Assembly (NCBI GenBank): GCA_038816475.1
Contig: JAWBAI010000001.1
Coordinates: forward strand, 128,001-192,000
Direction: 5' to 3'
Source of the DNA: Desulfurococcaceae archaeon
GTDB taxonomy: Archaea > Thermoproteota > Thermoprotei_A > Sulfolobales > Desulfurococcaceae
DNA: 64,000 bases
Both the position numbers and the translations under genes were made by a program. Position 1 is the first letter of the stretch; each line of letters opens with the position of its first letter. The notes under the pieces are model-generated. The model did not search any database. It saw only the letters and a program-made list of their open reading frames with translations, and had not been told where the DNA came from. Positions 57,934-64,000 of this stretch are shown in pieces.

Positions 57934-60900
57934 CAGGTTTAACCTCTAGTACGTAGTTTTCCTCGTCTATTTCCCATTCCTCTACATAGCCTCCCAGGCT
58001 TCCGGCTCGATCCCTGCTACTGGTTAATATGAGGTCAACGCTACGGGTTTCAGACATTATGTAGTTCTTTCTCAGTTCTATTAAGTTAAGCTTGTCTGGT
58101 GGTGCAACAATGAGAGTTTTGATCTTGGCTGTAAGCGGAAGGTCCAGTTTCTTCCTCATGACCTGTACTCTCCTAACGATGTCTCTGGCTAAACCATCCG
58201 CAAGCTCATTCAAAGTCAGCCTTGTATCCAGGGCTATTACACCGAACTTAAAGTCCTCGACCAAGTAACCCTCTACATAGTAGGGTGTTATTTCCACGTC
58301 GTTCGCTGTTAAGACCACTTCTGTGCCGTTTACAACCGTTCTGTGAGAACCTGCTTCAATTATATCCCTGGCGATGAGATCACTATACTTCTCGAGGTAA
58401 TCTACTAGATTCTTCATTATACTCTTGTACTTTGGTCCAAGTACCTTGTATACAGGTTTTACCTTGTACCTTGTTATCTCCTTTACTCTCTTGGACTCGT
58501 GAATGCTAACAGACTTAGCGTTACACATGTACTTAACAACGTTTAGGTATGCCTCAAGGGATTTTCTAGCCTTCTCGCTATCTGTGTAGACTATTAGCTC
58601 CTTAACGGGTTGTCTAAGCTTAAAGCCAGCGCGCATGCGAGCACTTGCACAGGCTTTGTAAACTTCGCGAACAATCTCCATAGCTTCCTCCAAGTCTACA
58701 TTAATGAACTGCTCGTCGGGTTCAGGATAGCTAATTAAGTGAATGCTCGGTTCTCCGTAGTAGTCTCTAAACATAGCTTGGTACAAGTACTCGGATATGT
58801 AGGGTGTTATGGGTGCAAGCAATCTGATTATTCTATCAAGTACGTAGTATAGAACAGAGTAGCATGCTAATTTCTCTGGTACGTTTTCCTCGATCCATAC
58901 ACGCGGTCTAATTAGCCTTATATACCAATGACTCAGATCTTCAACGATGAACGTTCTTATGAGTCTAACAGCTTGCCCGATATCGTACTTTTCCATGTTT
59001 TCTGTAACTTTAGCTACTAAGTTATTAACTCTACTGAGGATCCACTTGTCTTCGGGGCTCAGGTAATTCGTGTACGCTGTGAGCGGGTTTTTAACAGGAT
59101 CGAATTTATCCACTTCCATGTACATCTTCGCGAAGAGAGCTACGTTCCAGAGTATTGATAGATCACGCATTGCTTCTTCGATCTCCTTCCACGAGAACTT
59201 AGCATCCTCCCAGACAGTATTGCTCAGCAGCCACAGTCTCAGAGGGTCTCTACCAGCTTTCGCAATAGCTTCGTCCGTGCCAACGTAGTTTCCAAGGCTC
59301 TTGTGCATTTCTCTGCCTTGCTCATCCAGCATGAAGCCGTGCACTAGAACTGTTCTGTAGGGTGCTCTCTGGAAACCTATAACACCTGCTCTCAAAAGCG
59401 AGAAGAACCAGCCTCTTGTCTGGTCATGTCCTTCAGCGATGAAGTCCAAAATGACTTCTTCCTCGCTCATTTCCTCGGGATGTCCTCTAGACGCGTAGAA
59501 GGATACACCACTATCGAACCATACGTCAACAACATCAGGAACTCGTCTCATCTCCAAACCGCAGTACGGGCATTTGAACTTCACTTGATCTATCCAGGGT
59601 TTATGCAACTCTGGAGGCCTTATACCGGATAGTTCTTCGAGTTCTCTAATGCTACCGATAACTACTCTGTGATTGTTGGGGCATTTCCATACGGGGAGCG
59701 GCGTACCCCAGTACCTTTGTCTGGAGAGAACCCAGTCTTGCAGATTTTCAACCATGTTGATTAGTCTTGTTAAAGCCCAGGATGGAATCCACTCAACCTT
59801 CTCAGCTTCTCTTCTTATGGTATCCTTGAGCTTCGTAACTCTGATAACCCACTGCTTAGTTGCTCTGAGTACTATTGGTGTTTTACATCTCCAACAAACA
59901 GGATATCTGTGAACAATAGAACTACTGTATACTAGCGCTCTGCGCTCTTTGAGGACAGAGATAATGTAGTTGTTTGCTTCTCTTACATACATTCCTGAGA
60001 GCACTCCTGCTTCGCTCGTAAACCTGCCCTCCTCGTCGACGAGGCAGATCACGGCATCGCTGAAATTGTTCTTGACAGCAACATCGTAATCCTCGAACCC
60101 ATGAGCTGGTGCACCATGTACTAGTCCAGTTCCCTCGTGCATTACAACGTACTCTGAAGACGCAACTACTCTGTGATATTTACTCAGGATTCTCTGAGCG
60201 GGAACTATGTCCTCGAGAGGACTTCTGTAGGTGTAAACAGTAAGCTCTGCACCACGCTTTCTCTCCACGAGTCTGTAGGAATTAATACCAACGTCTCTCA
60301 TTACTGCTTCAAGTCTCTTCTCCGCGAGTATCCAGTACTCACCGTTAACCTCGACTTTAACGTAGACCTCGTCGGGATGAGCCATAATGAAGGCATTTGC
60401 TGGTAGAGTCCACGGTGTTGTTGTCCATACAACTAGAAAGGTGTTCTCCTCCTCGTTAACAGGGAACTTAACGTATATGCTCGGGTCCTCAAGTTCATGG
60501 TACTCAACTTCGTACTCAGCAAGTGTTGTGGAGCATCTTGGACACCAGTACACGATTCTGTAGTCCTCTTCGAGTAGCCCGAGTTGATCAGCTTTCTTTA
60601 TAAGCCACCATTCAGCCTCTATGTACTCATCCCTCATAGTTAGATACGGGTTCTCCCAGTCCATGAATACTCCGAGCTCCTTGAACCACTTAGATAGCAT
60701 AGAAACGTTCGTTAAAGCGAACCTCTTGCACTCCGAGATAAACTTCTCTACGCCGATGCGGGACTCTATTTCTTTCTTCGATCTTACGTTAAGCAGTTGC
60801 TCAACTTTCACCTCAATTGGGAGACCGTGGCAGTCGTAACCAGGAGTATCTACAACGTTGAAGCCTCTCATTCTCTTGTACCTGAGAACAGCATCCTTTA

Positions 60901-61096
60901 ACGACTTATTCCAAGCTGTTCCAATGTGCGGTACTTCGCTTGAGGGGTATGGAGGCCCATCGTTAAACCTGAATACTCTGCTACACCTGCTACTCCTCTC
61001 TTTAACTAACTTGTAGATTTTCTTCTCGCTCCAATAGCTCGAAACAGCATTTTCAACTGCGTGCGGGTTATATGCTCCCTTTACTTCCCACTTCAT
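57926..61096 (-). CDS. ileS: Isoleucine--tRNA ligase
   Basis: DGPPY, HIGT (HIGH-like), GYDCHGLP, WTTTPWTLP, SRQRYWG, EGHDQTRGWF, EMHKS (KMSKS-like). Confidence 0.97.
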   Translation of the reverse strand: MKWEVKGAYNPHAVENAVSSYWSEKKIYKLVKERSSRCSRVFRFNDGPPYPSSEVPHIGTAWNKSLKDAVLRYKRMRGFNVVDTPGYDCHGLPIEVKVEQLLNVRSKKEIESRIGVEKFISECKRFALTNVSMLSKWFKELGVFMDWENPYLTMRDEYIEAEWWLIKKADQLGLLEEDYRIVYWCPRCSTTLAEYEVEYHELEDPSIYVKFPVNEEENTFLVVWTTTPWTLPANAFIMAHPDEVYVKVEVNGEYWILAEKRLEAVMRDVGINSYRLVERKRGAELTVYTYRSPLEDIVPAQRILSKYHRVVASSEYVVMHEGTGLVHGAPAHGFEDYDVAVKNNFSDAVICLVDEEGRFTSEAGVLSGMYVREANNYIISVLKERRALVYSSSIVHRYPVCWRCKTPIVLRATKQWVIRVTKLKDTIRREAEKVEWIPSWALTRLINMVENLQDWVLSRQRYWGTPLPVWKCPNNHRVVIGSIRELEELSGIRPPELHKPWIDQVKFKCPYCGLEMRRVPDVVDVWFDSGVSFYASRGHPEEMSEEEVILDFIAEGHDQTRGWFFSLLRAGVIGFQRAPYRTVLVHGFMLDEQGREMHKSLGNYVGTDEAIAKAGRDPLRLWLLSNTVWEDAKFSWKEIEEAMRDLSILWNVALFAKMYMEVDKFDPVKNPLTAYTNYLSPEDKWILSRVNNLVAKVTENMEKYDIGQAVRLIRTFIVEDLSHWYIRLIRPRVWIEENVPEKLACYSVLYYVLDRIIRLLAPITPYISEYLYQAMFRDYYGEPSIHLISYPEPDEQFINVDLEEAMEIVREVYKACASARMRAGFKLRQPVKELIVYTDSEKARKSLEAYLNVVKYMCNAKSVSIHESKRVKEITRYKVKPVYKVLGPKYKSIMKNLVDYLEKYSDLIARDIIEAGSHRTVVNGTEVVLTANDVEITPYYVEGYLVEDFKFGVIALDTRLTLNELADGLARDIVRRVQVMRKKLDLPLTAKIKTLIVAPPDKLNLIELRKNYIMSETRSVDLILTSSRDRAGSLGGYVEEWEIDEENYVLEVKPVE

Positions 61097-61184
61097 TTAC
61101 ATCACGTATATACCGTTCTACTCGTGGATACAGTGCTACTACCTCGATTCATATATCGCTAGGGTTAATAAAGATGCAAATTCT

Positions 61185-61955
61185 TTACGTGCTTAGAATT
61201 CTAGCAAGTACTGTGACTAGTACGGTTAAGGCTAGGACTGCGAAGATTAAAGCTATCCTGCGCCACCCGAGCTTGACCAGTAGCTTCACGTACGATAGCA
61301 TAACATTACTCGAAAGCTTCGATGAGCCACGCGCTCTACCCCTGAACAGGTAGGGTTCTTCGCATACTCTCGCGTTCTTGTGTGTTCCAAGGATTTCCAC
61401 CAGTGCTTTGAACCCACGTGGTTCAATGGGTTTCCATGCCTCGGCAACTTCTCTTCTAAGCGCAAAGAACCCGCTTACTGGGTCTTTGACCCTCGAGCAG
61501 TTGGGAACCAGAATACGTGCTAGGAGAACAGCACCACTAGATACCAGTTTTCTCACTGTACTCCAGTTTTCAACGCCTCCACCTGGACAATACCTTGATG
61601 CAACCACAATATCACATGTCCTGCTTCTCTCGATAAGCCTGGGGATGACCTCTGGGGGGTGCTGTAGGTCAGCGTCCATAACCACGATGACTCTACCGTG
61701 CGAGGCTCTCATACCATCGTAGATCGCTGAGGTAACTCCCAGCTTGCCGGGTCGCTTCAAGACTCTCACAGGGTATTTCTCCGAAAGCTTCTCAGCAACC
61801 TCCGCTGTACCATCTGGGCTGTTGTCATCCACTACTACAACCTCGTAGCTGAACAAACCCCTGAGCTTCTCATCGATGAGCTCAATAAGCCTGGGAACAT
61901 TCTCCCTCTCGTTGTAGGTGGGAACTACGATACTCACCTCCACCAACGAGAACAC
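61185..61955 (-). CDS. Polyprenol-phosphate mannosyltransferase (GT2, DPM synthase-like)
   Basis: VPTYNE, VDDNSPDGT, MDADLQHPP, ASRY, DPVSGF; C-terminal TM. Confidence 0.9.
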   Translation of the reverse strand: MFSLVEVSIVVPTYNERENVPRLIELIDEKLRGLFSYEVVVVDDNSPDGTAEVAEKLSEKYPVRVLKRPGKLGVTSAIYDGMRASHGRVIVVMDADLQHPPEVIPRLIERSRTCDIVVASRYCPGGGVENWSTVRKLVSSGAVLLARILVPNCSRVKDPVSGFFALRREVAEAWKPIEPRGFKALVEILGTHKNARVCEEPYLFRGRARGSSKLSSNVMLSYVKLLVKLGWRRIALIFAVLALTVLVTVLARILST

Positions 61956-62032
61956 CCGCTGAATCTCCTGATTTCTCAGCTAGGTACTCGTTGTTTATTC
62001 CAACTATAATGAGCTAAAGGTTGCCATTTTCT

Positions 62033-63691
62033 TTACTCTTTTCTTGACTCTAACTCCTTGATGGTGATTGAAAGGTAAGCTAGGGCTTGGTTGCGACCCA
62101 TTAATGCTAGTAGTGGAGCAATTCGTGGACCACTGCTTCTTCCGCATATCAGCATGTAGAGGTACTCGTAGAACGTCCTGATCGCATCGGGGGTTAACTT
62201 CGATGTCACTTTGACCAGGGCTTCTTTGATGGATTCCTCGGTCCAAGCTTCCAGCGAACTCAGGTTCTCGTAGGTATGCTTGAAGAGCTCTACGTACTCG
62301 CTCGGTATCTTCCCTGCTATCCACCTGGCTTCGTCCAGGGTGTTCAACGCTACTATCAACTCGCGTGGACCATACCTGTGAACCCAGTTGAGTGCTCTGG
62401 GAAGAGTTTCCAGCACTCTCCTCAAACCGTACTCAGTTGGAGCATCTGGCAGGTGCCCAGTGTTCTTCAGCCTTGCTACGGCTTCGGTGGTCCACAGCTC
62501 GCGTGGAACAAGCTGACTCAGTATTGCGAGGTGAAGGTAGGGAACCTGCTCCGGTGGTTCACGCGGTGGACCTCCACGCGGATAGCTGAGCTCGTAGCTT
62601 CTAGCCAGGAGAACCTTCTCCTCTTCGCTGGTGGTTTTCTCCAGCCCATAGTACACTCTCTCAGCTCTGTAGTACAAGCTGTAGTAGTGGGGTATCTCGT
62701 GCAGTCCTACAGCGAGCTTCTTGAATGGTGGAGTTCTCAGAACCAGGAACCTGAACACGTGAGGATGCGCTACTTCGAGCCATTCTCTCGGAGTGAAACC
62801 AAGAAAATCACTACTACCCATGTCCACGACTCGACCATTCGGTTGCTTTAGTTCAACCCACTCGTAGGGTAGTCCCTCGGGTGGTTTAAACCTGTAGACG
62901 TTGACAGCTAGATCCACACAACTGTCTCTGCTACCACCGGGCATTGCATGGTCTTTGCCGAAGGGCTCAAAGTCGACTCCTAGAGTCCACCATACACCGG
63001 TCCACTCAATTCTCCACATCAGTTTACCGTTCTCCAGCGAAGACACTCCTCTGTGTCCACAGCTGGTGCAAACGTACTCCACGTGGTCTTCGTCAACTAC
63101 TCTTACAGCTTCCGTGGTATCTATTCTTCCGCACTTCTCGCACACAGCTTCGAACGGTATCCAGCCCTCCGAGTAGGGTTTTCTACCTCTGTACTTGTTC
63201 AGAACTCTGCGTACCTCCTCTTTCTTCTCAAGGGTCAACTTGATGAACTCTCCGAGCCTCCACTTGTACAGCTCCGTGGTGGAAACAACCTCTACTTCAC
63301 CATCCGTGAACTCCTTGATGAAAGGCCCAAAATCCTCCCAGTAGTGTTCAACCCAGTTTGAGTGGCAACCATAGGGATCGGGTACTTTTATCAACGGCCA
63401 CCCAGTATACCTCTTCCCCTGCTCGGGGTCTCTGAAGGTACGTACTTGTGCTTCCTTACCCTTCCAAGCGTCCTGCGTGTAGAGAGTTAAGTACTGCTTT
63501 ATCCTCAGTCCTCTAGCTGTTAGTATTCGTCTGAGTGTTTCACCGATTATGATCTCTCCGCGTAGTCTTCCAACGTGCTGTAGCCCGGAGACCGATAACC
63601 CTCCGTTGAAGACGTAAACTTCCTTAGCTCCTCTACCTGTGAGCTTTTCGTAGAGTTGATCAGCAAGCTCGTCGATCCAGTGCTTAACCAT
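62033..63691 (-). CDS. lysS: Lysine--tRNA ligase, class I
   Basis: HWIDELA, SVSGLQHVGRLR, GKLMWR, EPFGKDH, MGSS, GPRI; likely start ATG at 63691. Confidence 0.95.
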   Translation of the reverse strand: MVKHWIDELADQLYEKLTGRGAKEVYVFNGGLSVSGLQHVGRLRGEIIIGETLRRILTARGLRIKQYLTLYTQDAWKGKEAQVRTFRDPEQGKRYTGWPLIKVPDPYGCHSNWVEHYWEDFGPFIKEFTDGEVEVVSTTELYKWRLGEFIKLTLEKKEEVRRVLNKYRGRKPYSEGWIPFEAVCEKCGRIDTTEAVRVVDEDHVEYVCTSCGHRGVSSLENGKLMWRIEWTGVWWTLGVDFEPFGKDHAMPGGSRDSCVDLAVNVYRFKPPEGLPYEWVELKQPNGRVVDMGSSDFLGFTPREWLEVAHPHVFRFLVLRTPPFKKLAVGLHEIPHYYSLYYRAERVYYGLEKTTSEEEKVLLARSYELSYPRGGPPREPPEQVPYLHLAILSQLVPRELWTTEAVARLKNTGHLPDAPTEYGLRRVLETLPRALNWVHRYGPRELIVALNTLDEARWIAGKIPSEYVELFKHTYENLSSLEAWTEESIKEALVKVTSKLTPDAIRTFYEYLYMLICGRSSGPRIAPLLALMGRNQALAYLSITIKELESRKE

Positions 63692-63792
63692 GGTTAAACA
63701 ACCAGGCTTTATCGCTAAGAAATATACACCCGTTAATACTTTTAAGTTTCCTGGTACCTTATCAACGAGAAGACGCGAAAACAGGTGGAACA

Positions 63793-64000
63793 TTGAATTC
63801 AAAGAAACAGGAGTTCATGGAGTGGCTTAGAGGTATTGAGAGAAAATGGCAGAAAATATGGAAAGAAATGCGTGTGTTTGAAGCGAACTCAGAGCCTGGT
63901 AAACCAAAATTCTTCATAACAGTTCCATACCCTTATGCTAATGGTCCACTGCACATTGGTCATGGAAGAACCTACACAATTGGTGATATTGTTGCAAGGT
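63793..64000 (+). CDS. leuS: Leucine--tRNA ligase, N-terminal part (runs off the window; not in the ORF track)
   Basis: My translation from TTG 63793 reads ...IERKWQKIW...KFFITVPYPYANGPLHIGHGRTYTIGDIVAR. Confidence 0.92.
   Translation, partial: MNSKKQEFMEWLRGIERKWQKIWKEMRVFEANSEPGKPKFFITVPYPYANGPLHIGHGRTYTIGDIVAR

Noticed and set aside
57926-61096. IleRS signature variants HIGT and EMHKS
   Set aside because: As far as I recall, such variants occur in crenarchaeal IleRS; not evidence of novelty.
62276-62851. 191-aa plus-strand ORF and other antisense ORFs inside lysS
   Set aside because: Fully antisense to a conserved essential gene with no recognisable motifs. The same applies to the many short shadow ORFs across the window.
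1-64000. CRISPR arrays, tRNA/rRNA genes, transposases, integrases, inteins
   Set aside because: None seen by eye. Intergenic gaps are short and protein lengths are normal. tRNAscan-SE and CRISPR finders would confirm.

Overview
64 kb of a gene-dense chromosome from a hyperthermophilic crenarchaeon, most likely Desulfurococcales (inferred from class I LysRS, TiaS, deoxyhypusine synthase, pantoate kinase plus phosphopantothenate synthetase, ribose-1,5-bisphosphate isomerase, PCNA, and GGTGA-type RBS/TATA promoters). Most of it is housekeeping: five aminoacyl-tRNA synthetases (SerRS, AsnRS, IleRS, LysRS, partial LeuRS), tRNA modification, CoA/pantothenate biosynthesis, Lhr helicase, endonuclease III and an mre11-nurA-herA-rad50 operon. 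I saw no tRNA, rRNA, CRISPR array or transposase. Highlights: (1) a four-gene corrinoid methyl-transfer module at 2.5-7.4 kb (core folate-independent MetE-like enzyme, ATP-dependent corrinoid reactivator, UroD-fold methyltransferase, stand-alone corrinoid protein), which suggests an undescribed route from a methylated substrate to methionine; (2) a membrane-targeted or secreted protein whose C-terminal domain aligns by eye with alpha-hemolysin/leukocidin beta-pore-forming toxins; (3) three C/D-box sRNAs, one with guides matching both the 16S 5' end and the ~570 region; (4) an unassigned GC-rich structured ncRNA candidate with its own TATA box; (5) a frameshifted Trm14-like gene. All calls come from motif recognition by eye, and no database searches were run.
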